DNA of 26,659 nt from an uncultured Lachnospiraceae bacterium (GTDB lineage: Bacteria > Bacillota > Clostridia > Lachnospirales > CAG-274): positions 1-26,659 of the forward strand of contig CAYMAA010000010.1 of the NCBI GenBank assembly GCA_964388305.1. Reading direction: 5' to 3'. The notes beneath the pieces were generated by a model. It was given only the letters and a program-made list of their open reading frames with translations, was not told the DNA's origin and did no database searches. Positions 1 to 7,569 of the stretch are shown here, in pieces (the stretch's first letter is position 1; each line of letters opens with the position of its first letter). The translations under genes and the position numbers were made by a program.

Positions 1-103
1 TGTTTTAAATTGAATATGCCGAAGGGCAAATAAATTTTTTACTTCCGTATGGTAAAATTTTCACAAAAAATTCTAAAAATATATGGAAATGTTATTTAAT
101 ATG

Positions 104-112
104 TGGTATAAT
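104..112 (+). promoter_or_regulatory. Extended -10 promoter candidate for pgi (TGgTATAAT)
   Basis: tgtggtataat has TG one nt upstream of TATAAT (107-112). The -35 is weak (tggaaa at 84-89). It lies ~80 nt upstream of the pgi start. Confidence 0.4.
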
Positions 113-191
113 AATTAAAAATTAACAGTCTGCCGATATTTGTGTTGGCAGTTTTTACAAACTATGTTTATAATTTTATGGAGGGATGAAT

Positions 192-1526
192 ATGTCTATT
201 AATCTTAAACTTGCAGGCGTTAAAAACTTTGTAAGAGATGAAGAGTATGCTAAAATTGAACCTATGGCAAAGCTTGCCAACGAGCTTGTTTACTCTAAGG
301 AGGGCGCAGGCAGCGACTTTTTGGGTTGGGTTAATTTACCTTTTGACTATGATAAAGAGGAATTTGCAAGAATTAAGGCGGCAGGAAAGAAAATTCAAGG
401 AGAGAGCGAAGTACTTGTTGTTATAGGTATTGGCGGCTCATACCTTGGCGGAAGAGCTGCTTTGGACTTTATTAAGGGTATGTTTTACAACAGCAAAAAG
501 CACCCCGGCACACCCGATGTTTACTTTGTGGGCAACAACATAAGCTCCGAGTATTTAAGCGACATTGTTGAAATGATTGGCGACAGGGATTTTTCCGTAA
601 ACATCATTTCAAAATCGGGAACAACAACAGAGCCTGCCATTGCTTTCCGTTTATTTAAAAAGCTTTTGGAAGATAAGTACGGCAAGGAGGGCGCTGTTGG
701 CAGAATTTACGCAACAACAGACAAGGCAAGAGGAGCGCTTAAAAACTTTTCCGACAAAGAGGGTTATGAAACATTTGTTGTACCCGATGACGTAGGCGGA
801 AGATTTTCCGTTTTAACACCTGTTGGTCTTTTGCTTATGGCTGCGGCAGGTATTGATATTGACGCTGTTATGAAGGGCGCTGCCGACGCCGCCGAAAAAT
901 ACAAAGGACTTGACAACGAGTGCGGCAAGTATGCTGTTACAAGAGCTTTACTTAACAAAAAGGGCAAGGTTATTGAAATTTTGGCAAACTATGAGCCATG
1001 CCTTACAATGTTTGGAGAATGGTACAAACAGCTTTTTGCAGAGTCTGAGGGGAAAGACCAAAAGGGTACATTCCCTGTTTCCGCAAACTTCTCAACAGAC
1101 TTACATTCCATCGGCCAGTTTATTCAGGACGGAACAAGAAATATGTTTGAAACCGTTTTATGGGTAAAGAACTCCAAAAAGGACGTTGAAATTATTTTTG
1201 ATGAAGAAAACATTGACGGACTTAATTTTGTTGCGGGAAAGACAATGCAGTATGTAAATTCCAAGGCTTATGCAGGCACATACCTTGCACATATTGACGG
1301 CGGTGTGCCTACAATGGTTATTGAAATTGAGGATACAAGCGAATACAGCTTTGGCGAGATAGTTTACTTCTTTGAAAAGGCTTTGGCTATAAGCGAATAT
1401 TTACTCTCGGTCAATCCCTTTGACCAGCCCGGTGTGGAAAGCTACAAGAAGAATATGTTTGCTCTCTTAGGCAAACCGGGTTACGAAGACGCTAAAGAAG
1501 CTCTTGAAGCAAGACTTATTGACTGA
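192..1526 (+). CDS. pgi: Glucose-6-phosphate isomerase (Firmicute short type)
   Basis: 446-aa ORF with PGI hallmarks ([26 protein letters not shown]). The ATG at 192 sits ~7 nt after GGAGGG, whereas the ORF-track ATG at 186 abuts the SD. Confidence 0.95.
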   Translation: MSINLKLAGVKNFVRDEEYAKIEPMAKLANELVYSKEGAGSDFLGWVNLPFDYDKEEFARIKAAGKKIQGESEVLVVIGIGGSYLGGRAALDFIKGMFYNSKKHPGTPDVYFVGNNISSEYLSDIVEMIGDRDFSVNIISKSGTTTEPAIAFRLFKKLLEDKYGKEGAVGRIYATTDKARGALKNFSDKEGYETFVVPDDVGGRFSVLTPVGLLLMAAAGIDIDAVMKGAADAAEKYKGLDNECGKYAVTRALLNKKGKVIEILANYEPCLTMFGEWYKQLFAESEGKDQKGTFPVSANFSTDLHSIGQFIQDGTRNMFETVLWVKNSKKDVEIIFDEENIDGLNFVAGKTMQYVNSKAYAGTYLAHIDGGVPTMVIEIEDTSEYSFGEIVYFFEKALAISEYLLSVNPFDQPGVESYKKNMFALLGKPGYEDAKEALEARLID

Positions 1527-1564
1527 TTGTTACTAACAGTGTTTTCATAATAATAAAAACAGCG

Positions 1565-1601
1565 CCACCGATTGACAGTTTTGTTAGTCGGTGGTTTTGT
1601 T
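1565..1601 (+). terminator. Rho-independent terminator after pgi
   Basis: CCACCGA (1565-1571) pairs with TCGGTGG (1588-1594) and is followed by TTTTGTT. Confidence 0.7.
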
Positions 1602-1614
1602 GGGAGGAATTGGA

Positions 1615-2106
1615 ATGAGATTTAATTTTTGCCCTGTATGCGGAGAAAAGCTTGGCACAAAGGAGTTAGGCGACGAGGGCAAAGTGCCTTTTTGCCAAAA
1701 ATGTAATCGGCCGTGGTTTGACGGCTTTGCCACCTGCGTTATAGGTCTGGCGGCAGACGGTGACGAGTGCGTTGTGCTAAAGCAAAACAGTCTTTCCGAA
1801 AAGTATTATGTGCTTGTTTCGGGATATGTTAAACCCTTTGAAAGAGCGGAGGACGCTATGATAAGGGAGATTGAGGAGGAAATAGGCCTTGCGGTTTTGG
1901 ATATGCGTTTTACGGGTACTTATGCCATGGAGGGCAAGAGTATGCTAATGCTGGGTTTTATTTGTAAATGCAAAAAAGGAAAGCTGAAAACAAGCTGCGA
2001 GGTTGACCATGCAAGGTGGGTTAATGTTAAGGATGCGGCAGATATGATGCACCCCGGGGGAAGCGTAAGCCGCAGAATTGTTAATGAGTATTTGGAGAGC
2101 TTATAA
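1615..2106 (+). CDS. NUDIX hydrolase with N-terminal zinc ribbon (NudC/NADH pyrophosphatase-like)
   Basis: CPVCG...CQKC zinc ribbon, plus a Nudix box GYVKPFERAEDAMIREIEEEIGL (GX5EX7REUXEEXGU). The ATG at 1615 follows GGGAGG; the ORF-track start at 1591 lies inside the pgi terminator. Confidence 0.85.
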   Translation: MRFNFCPVCGEKLGTKELGDEGKVPFCQKCNRPWFDGFATCVIGLAADGDECVVLKQNSLSEKYYVLVSGYVKPFERAEDAMIREIEEEIGLAVLDMRFTGTYAMEGKSMLMLGFICKCKKGKLKTSCEVDHARWVNVKDAADMMHPGGSVSRRIVNEYLESL

Positions 2107-2107
2107 T

Positions 2108-2431
2108 ATGAGGGTAGTTTATTTTATTGCCGGGGTTTGCCTTGCGCTTATAGGACTTGTGGGACTTGCTTTGCCGGTTATTCCTCAAATGCCCTTTTTC
2201 TTTTTGGCGCTTCTGTGCTTTATGAGGGTTTCCGAACGGTTCAGACAATGGGTAAAGGGACTTTGGATTTATAAAAGATTTTTAAAAAGATTTGAAGAAA
2301 TCCCCAAAAGACAAAAAATTGTTTTGGGGATAGTAGGTGTGTTTGTTTTTGCCGTGGTTTTAAGTATTGTCGGCGGCATTTTATACTACCTGACAAATAA
2401 TGATTTTTTTGAATTATTTTTAATTGGCTAA
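2108..2431 (+). CDS. DUF454/YbaN-family small inner-membrane protein
   Basis: MRVVYFIAGVCLALIGLVGLALPVIPQMPFFFLALLCF is a typical YbaN N-terminus. The ATG at 2108 follows the NUDIX stop by one nt. Confidence 0.75.
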   Translation: MRVVYFIAGVCLALIGLVGLALPVIPQMPFFFLALLCFMRVSERFRQWVKGLWIYKRFLKRFEEIPKRQKIVLGIVGVFVFAVVLSIVGGILYYLTNNDFFELFLIG

Positions 2432-2884
2432 GAATACTCCAAAATTGAGATAGGCTGCGAAACAGCACCATATAAGATAGGGTATTTGGAGCTTTGCCGC
2501 TTTGGAACTCAGCTTATTAAACTCAAATATCATTGCAAGTATGGCGGCTATAAGGCAAATGAGCCATACAAAGGCAATAAAGTAGAGCTTTGCGTTAAAG
2601 AAAAGAGGAGTCCAAAAAAAGTTAAAGAACAGCTGTAAAAGGTAGACCTTTACGGCATTTTTTTTATCTCCTTTAGGTGAGGACAGGGCAATATAAAAGG
2701 ATATTCCCATAAGAGCGTAAAGAATTGTCCAAACAATGGGGAATACAAATGACGGGGGCGTTAGAGGCGGTTTATTTACAAGAGAAAACGCCTGTATGCC
2801 CTTTTTGCTTATTAAGGCGGAAAGTCCGCCTGTAAGCAAGGGAAACAGTATTGATAAAATAAGCCTTAAATTAATTTTTTTCAT
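2420..2884 (-). CDS. tspO: TspO/MBR-family tryptophan-rich sensory protein
   Basis: 154-aa protein with five TM segments and TspO-like motifs (PPSFVFPIVWTILYALMG, FFNFFWTPLFF, IPYLIWCCFAAYLN). Confidence 0.85.
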   Translation of the reverse strand: MKKINLRLILSILFPLLTGGLSALISKKGIQAFSLVNKPPLTPPSFVFPIVWTILYALMGISFYIALSSPKGDKKNAVKVYLLQLFFNFFWTPLFFNAKLYFIAFVWLICLIAAILAMIFEFNKLSSKAAKLQIPYLIWCCFAAYLNFGVFLAN

Positions 2885-2934
2885 AATTACCTCCCGACGG
2901 TATTTATTAGTATTATATTAAAAGACCGGCTTTT

Positions 2935-4101
2935 TTAGTACCATCTTGTGGCAGGGAGAGAGTTATTTATTGTATTTGTAAAGAGTATTTGATGAACGTC
3001 TACTATACCATCGGTAAAGGCTGCGGCACAGGAGCAAAGATAAAGCTCCCACATTCTGACAAATTTTTCATCAAACATTTGTTTAATTTGGCTGCGGTTT
3101 GCCTGAAACGCACTGTTCCAGCAGAGCAGTGTTTTTACATAGTGACGGCGGAGACTTTCCGTATCCAATACATTAAAGCTTTGGTTTGCCGAAATAGATA
3201 TTATTTCTCTCAGGCTTGGTATTGTGCCGCCGGGGAAAATGTATTTTTTAAGCCACGGGTTGCCGGGGTTTTCCTTTAAAGCGCTTATAAAATGTAACAG
3301 AAAAAGTCCTCCCGGTTTGAGTATTTTTTTAACTGTGGACATAAATATGCCATAGTTGGGTCTGCTGACGTGTTCCAACATACCTACGCTTACAACTCTG
3401 TCAAATTTTTTATTCAAGGTCGGCAGGTCACGATAGTCCATAAGCCTTACCTCCAAAAGATCTTCAAGATGGTTTGCGGCTATCTGTTCTTCAAACCTTG
3501 CTTTTTGCTCTTTGCTGAGAGTTATGCCCGTGCCCTTAATGCGGTATTTTTTGGCGGCTTCTATAAGCAAAAAACCCCAGCCGCAGCCTATATCGCACAG
3601 TGTCATACCTTCCTTAATATACAGCTTTTTCAGTATGCGGTGTACCTTGTTGTACTGGGCGGTTTCGAGAGTATCCTCCGGGGATTGAAAATAACCGCAG
3701 GAATAGCTCATGGTATCATCAAGCCAAAGCTTATAAAAATTATTGCCTATGTCGTAATGAGATGAAACCTGCTGTTTTTGACTGCTTTTTTCGGTATGAG
3801 GAAACATTATTTTTCTTAAAAGCAGCTTGTTTTCGGAAAAGCTGTTTATTTGGCTTAAAAAGCTGCACAGGGTAGTGTATAAATCCCCCTCGATTTCTAT
3901 ATCGCCGTTCATGTATGCCTCGCCCAAGGTTATGGAGGTGCTTTTCAACAGGCTTGAAATACGGGGCGCTTTGTTGATTTTTACCGTAAATACAGGCTCG
4001 CCTGTGCCTATAGCGTATTCTTTGTTATTAAGTATCATTTTAAATGGCTGTTTGTCAAATTTTTGAATATAATTTATAAATTGTTTTTCTGCCATGTGCA
4101 T
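2935..4101 (-). CDS. cfa: Cyclopropane-fatty-acyl-phospholipid synthase
   Basis: 388-aa protein with a SAM methyltransferase motif (LCDIGCGWG) and a CFA-synthase-type N- and C-terminus (HYDIGNNFY, MWELYLCSCAAAF). AAGGAGG lies 8 nt upstream of the ATG. Confidence 0.9.
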   Translation of the reverse strand: MHMAEKQFINYIQKFDKQPFKMILNNKEYAIGTGEPVFTVKINKAPRISSLLKSTSITLGEAYMNGDIEIEGDLYTTLCSFLSQINSFSENKLLLRKIMFPHTEKSSQKQQVSSHYDIGNNFYKLWLDDTMSYSCGYFQSPEDTLETAQYNKVHRILKKLYIKEGMTLCDIGCGWGFLLIEAAKKYRIKGTGITLSKEQKARFEEQIAANHLEDLLEVRLMDYRDLPTLNKKFDRVVSVGMLEHVSRPNYGIFMSTVKKILKPGGLFLLHFISALKENPGNPWLKKYIFPGGTIPSLREIISISANQSFNVLDTESLRRHYVKTLLCWNSAFQANRSQIKQMFDEKFVRMWELYLCSCAAAFTDGIVDVHQILFTNTINNSLPATRWY

Positions 4102-4332
4102 ATATACTGCCTCCTTTATTTAGAGTATTTGCGCTTTTGGAATATTTATACATACAAGGCATACTGAAATTAATATGATGGTATGCACACCTGCCTGTTA
4201 ACAGTTTTTGTACGGGACTTCATTGAAAGGCAATAAATACTCGCATTTTTATTTATGCTTACATTATGTCATATTTTGAAAACAAATAATATTATACGAA
4301 AAATTTTTCAGTGCTTAACAATTTTTGATGTA

Positions 4333-4628
4333 ATATAAAGACACCCTGCTAAAAGGCGGCCGGCCGAGCCTCTATGAAAGGAGATGAAACTGCTATGACA
4401 TACTTCGATATAATTTTTTGTATGCCGTTATATAGTTTTTGTATGCTGCACATTACATAGCATTAACATATATTGCAACTTTTTGTAATGAAAAAGACCG
4501 CCCTTACAGCAATTAAGTTGACGGTCTAATTTGTAGATTTAATCTGCATTTAAGTTCGCCGACCAACCGCCCTTTAAGCGGGGTGTCGTTGAGAGGTGAG
4601 TATCAGCAGTACCCACCTTTCTATTTGT
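4333..4628 (-). ncRNA. Candidate structured ncRNA, copy 1 (~296 nt), family unassigned
   Basis: - Predicted TSS ~7 nt downstream of the promoter at 4635-4663.
- 5' hairpin GGUGGGUA/UACUCACC (4592-4620).
- Long closing helix between 4557-4587 and 4340-4369, followed by UUUAUAUU.
- Internal terminator-like hairpin at 4495-4527, followed by UUUUUC.
- Hairpin 4367-4391 with loop AUCUCCUUUCAUA.
- Several pairs are G-U on the minus strand but C-A mismatches on the plus strand. Confidence 0.6.
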
Positions 4629-4634
4629 ATTTAC

Positions 4635-4663
4635 ATTATACTATTTTTTCAAAATAAAATCAA
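4635..4663 (-). promoter_or_regulatory. Sigma-A-type promoter of ncRNA copy 1 (TTGATT-17-TATAAT)
   Basis: Read on the minus strand: TTGATT (4663-4658), a 17-nt spacer, then TATAAT (4640-4635). An identical hexamer arrangement occurs in copy 2. The -35 lies inside the palindrome AAAATAAA-N7-TTTATTTT (4651-4673). Confidence 0.7.
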
Positions 4664-4696
4664 TATTTATTTTGGATTTATTTTTACAAAAATTCT

Positions 4697-4754
4697 TTTG
4701 ATATTTGACAAATTATGCTATGTAATTTGATATTTGACAAATTGAGCTGCGTAA
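4697..4754. repeat. Two adjacent 29-bp direct repeats between the RNA copies
   Basis: tttgatatttgacaaattatgctatgtaa (4697-4725) and tttgatatttgacaaattgagctgcgtaa (4726-4754). The first 18 nt are identical. Each contains the 11-bp palindrome ATTTGaCAAAT. Confidence 0.8.
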
Positions 4755-4988
4755 AACAAAAAGACATCCTTCTTAAAGGGCGGTTGGTCAAGCCTCTATG
4801 AAAGGAGGTGAGGCTGCTATGACATACTTCGATACAATTTATCGTAGCTCATCGTAATGAAAAAGACCGCCTTTACCGCAAATGAGCCGGCGGTCTGATT
4901 TGCGGGTTAAAACCCATATTTTTTATTGCAGACCAACCGCCTTTTAAGCAAGGTGTCGTTGAAAGGCGAGTATTGATACTGCCCGCCT
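4754..4988 (-). ncRNA. Candidate structured ncRNA, copy 2 (~235 nt), family unassigned
   Basis: - Predicted TSS ~7 nt downstream of the promoter at 4995-5023.
- 5' hairpin GGCGGG/CUCGCC (4962-4990).
- 27-bp closing helix between 4931-4957 and 4763-4789, followed by UUUUUGUUUU.
- Internal hairpin AGACCGCC/GGCGGUCU (4864-4896), followed by UUUUUC.
- Hairpin 4791-4815 with loop ACCUCCUUUCAUA. Confidence 0.6.
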
Positions 4989-4994
4989 TTTGTT

Positions 4995-5023
4995 TTGTAC
5001 TCACATTATACTATACCTTAAAA
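4995..5023 (-). promoter_or_regulatory. Sigma-A-type promoter of ncRNA copy 2 (TTGATT-17-TATAAT)
   Basis: Read on the minus strand: TTGATT (5023-5018), a 17-nt spacer, then TATAAT (5000-4995). The same palindrome spans the -35 (5011-5033). The block 4993-5070 closely matches 4633-4700. Confidence 0.7.
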
Positions 5024-5199
5024 ATAAAATCAATATTTATTTTGGATTTATTTTTATAAAATTTCTTTTGCGGTGTTATGCGGGTTTTGCCGTATAATGG
5101 CAGGCTTTTGCGCTAACAAACGGTGTGTTTATAGGGATTTTAGAGTGACCTTGCGAATTTATTATCAATTCGGAATTTATGCCGCAGAGTTATTTTTGC

Positions 5200-5226
5200 T
5201 TGACATAAACGCCAAAATGGTATACT
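5200..5226 (+). promoter_or_regulatory. Candidate rny promoter (TTGACA ... TGgTATACT)
   Basis: TTGACA at 5200-5205, a 15-nt spacer, and an extended -10 aTGgTATACT (5221-5226). It lies ~180 nt upstream of rny. Confidence 0.45.
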
Positions 5227-5407
5227 ATATTAGTAGTACTGTAAATAAATTTTTGTAATTAATTAAAGGGGATTTTTTATGTTTCCTCATATATAGTACA
5301 TATTTATTAAAGTACTTGCCGCTTTTTGTTTTCCGACTGAGCATTAAGGTTTACAAAGGGCAGCCCATGTACATTGAAAATTAAATAAGGAGGTATCAGT
5401 ATCTATT

Positions 5408-6952
5408 ATGCAACCAATTATTATAATAACAGCGGCTGTTTTGATTTTGGCATTGGCTGTTGGATATGCCGTTGGATACATTATGAGAAAAAAGACTGCT
5501 GAGGCAGCCATTGGTTCTGCAGAAAAAGAGGCTGAAAGCATTATCCTTGAGGCAAAAAAGACTGCCGAAACAAGAAAAAAGGAAATTCTTGTAGAGGCAA
5601 AGGAAGAAAGCCTTAAAACAAGAAATGAGCTTGAAAAGGAAGTTAGGGAAAGAAAAACCGAGCTTCAGAGAAGAGAAAAGCAGTTGCAGCAAAAGGAAGA
5701 TAACCTTGACAGAAAGTCCGACTCTTTAGATAAGCGCAGCGATCAGCTTGCTAAAAGAATGGACAATGTAGACAAAAAACTCAAGCAGGCGGAGGAGCTT
5801 CTTACGCAAAGAGAATCCGAGCTGCAAAGAATTTCCGGACTGACAACGGAAGAAGCAAAAGCACTTATATTATCTTCTCTTGAAGAAGAGCTTAAACATG
5901 AAAAGGCTGTTTTAATCAAGGAATATGATACAGCTATTAAGCAGGACTGTGAAAAAAAAGCACGCGAAGTTATTGCGAGCGCTATTCAAAGATGTGCGGT
6001 AGACCACGTTGCCGAAAGCACGGTATCGGTAGTTACACTGCCAAATGATGAGATGAAAGGCCGTATTATAGGCAGAGAGGGCAGAAACATCAGGGCTCTC
6101 GAATCTCTTACAGGTGTTGAATTTATTATAGACGATACACCCGAGGCTGTTATTCTTTCCGGGTTTGACGCAATGAGAAGAGAAATTGCAAGAATTGCTC
6201 TTGAAAGACTTATTGTAGACGGAAGAGTACACCCTGCAAGAATTGAAGAAATGGTTGAAAAGGCTACCAAAGAGGTAGAGCAGAATATGAGAGAAGAAGG
6301 CGAAAGCGCCTCCTTTGAAACGGGAGTGCATAATCTCCACCCTGAAATTATCCGTCTTTTGGGTAAGCTGAAATTCAGGACAAGCTATGGTCAAAATGTG
6401 CTAAAGCACTCCATAGAGGTATCTCACCTTTGCGGCATTATGGCGGCAGAGCTGGGGTTAGATACTACCCTTGCAAAAAGGGCAGGTCTTTTGCACGATA
6501 TAGGCAAGGCAATAGACCACGATATGGACGGCTCACACATAGAGCTTGGTGTAGCTCTTTGCCGAAAGTATCACGAATCACCAATTGTTATTAACGCTGT
6601 AGAGGCTCACCACGGTGATGTAGAGCCTGAGAGCATTGTAGCTGTTCTTGTACAGGCGGCAGATGCTATTTCAGCAGCAAGACCCGGCGCAAGAAGAGAA
6701 ACGCTGGAGTCGTACATTAAACGGTTGGAATCCTTAGAGAATATAGCTTCTTCATTTGAGGGAGTTGAAAAAACATTTGCAATTCAGGCAGGCAGGGAAC
6801 TGCGAATTATAGTTATACCTGAGATTGTAGATGATGACGGCATGAAAATTCTGGCAAGAGATATTGCCGAAAAAATACATAACGAGTTGGAATATCCCGG
6901 CAAAATTAAAGTAAATCTCATAAGAGAAACAAGGGCGGTAGATTACGCCTGA
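5408..6952 (+). CDS. rny: Ribonuclease Y
   Basis: 514-aa protein with an N-terminal TM helix, a long charged coiled coil, a KH domain ([15 protein letters not shown]) and an HD domain (HSIEVSHL...LLHDIGKA). AAGGAGG lies upstream. Confidence 0.95.
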   Translation: MQPIIIITAAVLILALAVGYAVGYIMRKKTAEAAIGSAEKEAESIILEAKKTAETRKKEILVEAKEESLKTRNELEKEVRERKTELQRREKQLQQKEDNLDRKSDSLDKRSDQLAKRMDNVDKKLKQAEELLTQRESELQRISGLTTEEAKALILSSLEEELKHEKAVLIKEYDTAIKQDCEKKAREVIASAIQRCAVDHVAESTVSVVTLPNDEMKGRIIGREGRNIRALESLTGVEFIIDDTPEAVILSGFDAMRREIARIALERLIVDGRVHPARIEEMVEKATKEVEQNMREEGESASFETGVHNLHPEIIRLLGKLKFRTSYGQNVLKHSIEVSHLCGIMAAELGLDTTLAKRAGLLHDIGKAIDHDMDGSHIELGVALCRKYHESPIVINAVEAHHGDVEPESIVAVLVQAADAISAARPGARRETLESYIKRLESLENIASSFEGVEKTFAIQAGRELRIIVIPEIVDDDGMKILARDIAEKIHNELEYPGKIKVNLIRETRAVDYA

Positions 6953-6974
6953 TATACCGATATTTCAAAGCTTT

Positions 6975-7007
6975 GGGGGTGTTTACAAAATGCCCCCTTT
7001 TTATTTT
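6975..7007 (+). terminator. Rho-independent terminator after rny
   Basis: GGGGG (6975-6979) pairs with CCCCC (6993-6997) and is followed by TTTTTATTTT. Confidence 0.7.
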
Positions 7008-7026
7008 ACAAAAAAAGGAGAAACCT

Positions 7027-7560
7027 ATGAAAAAAGTATTAATTGGGGTAATGGCGGCAATTTTTTTGGCAGGCTGTACCGCCGAGAAAAGGGACACACA
7101 GGGTTTGACAGGCATTGAGGCTGTTTCGCAGGACGGTTCGGTAACCATACTTTTGCCCGATAACACATTTATGCCGTCGGATGAGGGGTCTAACCACATG
7201 GATTTTGACTCTGAAAAAGGATATATTCACACGGAATGGGGAGATATTAACATTGAAGAAATCAGCGGGGCGCTGCCTCAGAATAAATCCGACGTTGAAG
7301 CGCTTTATACCGGTGTTGATGCGGATATTACGGTTAATGACGTAAGCTATGATGACAAAAATGGCGTAAAAACCTACATATCCTCAGTGAGCTTAAAAAA
7401 CTATGTTGAAGAAGGCTCTGAGGAGCCTGAAAGCTTTACCGTGCTGGAATATGTTGCTTCTTATGAGGACAAATATTATTATGCAACGGCGGATGTTTAT
7501 GATGAGGAAAGCGAGGATATTATATTAAAAAGCCTTAAAACCTTTGGCAGCACAAAGTAA
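7027..7560 (+). CDS. Acidic lipoprotein of unknown function (paralog 1)
   Basis: MKKVLIGVMAAIFLAGC signal peptide with a lipobox. AAGGAG lies upstream of the ATG at 7027; the ORF-track start at 6973 lies in the rny terminator. Confidence 0.7.
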   Translation: MKKVLIGVMAAIFLAGCTAEKRDTQGLTGIEAVSQDGSVTILLPDNTFMPSDEGSNHMDFDSEKGYIHTEWGDINIEEISGALPQNKSDVEALYTGVDADITVNDVSYDDKNGVKTYISSVSLKNYVEEGSEEPESFTVLEYVASYEDKYYYATADVYDEESEDIILKSLKTFGSTK

Positions 7561-7569
7561 AGGAGAATA

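Noticed and set aside
130-156. A terminator-like hairpin (CTGCC...GGCAG plus T5) in the pgi leader, as a possible attenuator.
   Set aside because: The stem is only 5 bp with a 12-nt loop and no alternative structure is obvious. This is too weak to call.
4395-4460. Plus-strand mini-ORFs behind a perfect SD inside each RNA copy, which suggest a type I toxin-antitoxin module. Copy 1 encodes MTYFDIIFCMPLYSFCMLHIT (4395-4460) and copy 2 encodes MTYFDTIYRSSS (4819-4857).
   Set aside because: - The peptides share only the first five residues, and their lengths differ (21 versus 12 aa) because they run into the variable module.
- Neither looks like a hydrophobic TM toxin.
- No convincing plus-strand promoter precedes either one.
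- Wobble-pair evidence favours the minus strand.
- Antisense or dual-strand function is not formally excluded.
4340-4587. Whether the ~28-bp inverted arms flanking a ~190-bp core are the terminal inverted repeats of a MITE.
   Set aside because: - Conservation between copies extends well outside the arms: the 5' hairpin, the promoter and a ~70 bp upstream block.
- No target-site duplication is visible.
- The arms carry strand-specific G-U substitutions.
- A genome-wide copy count is still needed.
4333-5070. Whether the repeated region is a CRISPR array.
   Set aside because: There are only two large (~300-360 bp) diverged units with internal structure. There are no short uniform repeats alternating with unique spacers and no cas genes.
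5073-5258. A 61-aa ORF in the cfa-rny gap.
   Set aside because: It has no RBS, a Cys/Arg/Tyr-rich low-quality composition, and it spans the predicted rny promoter.
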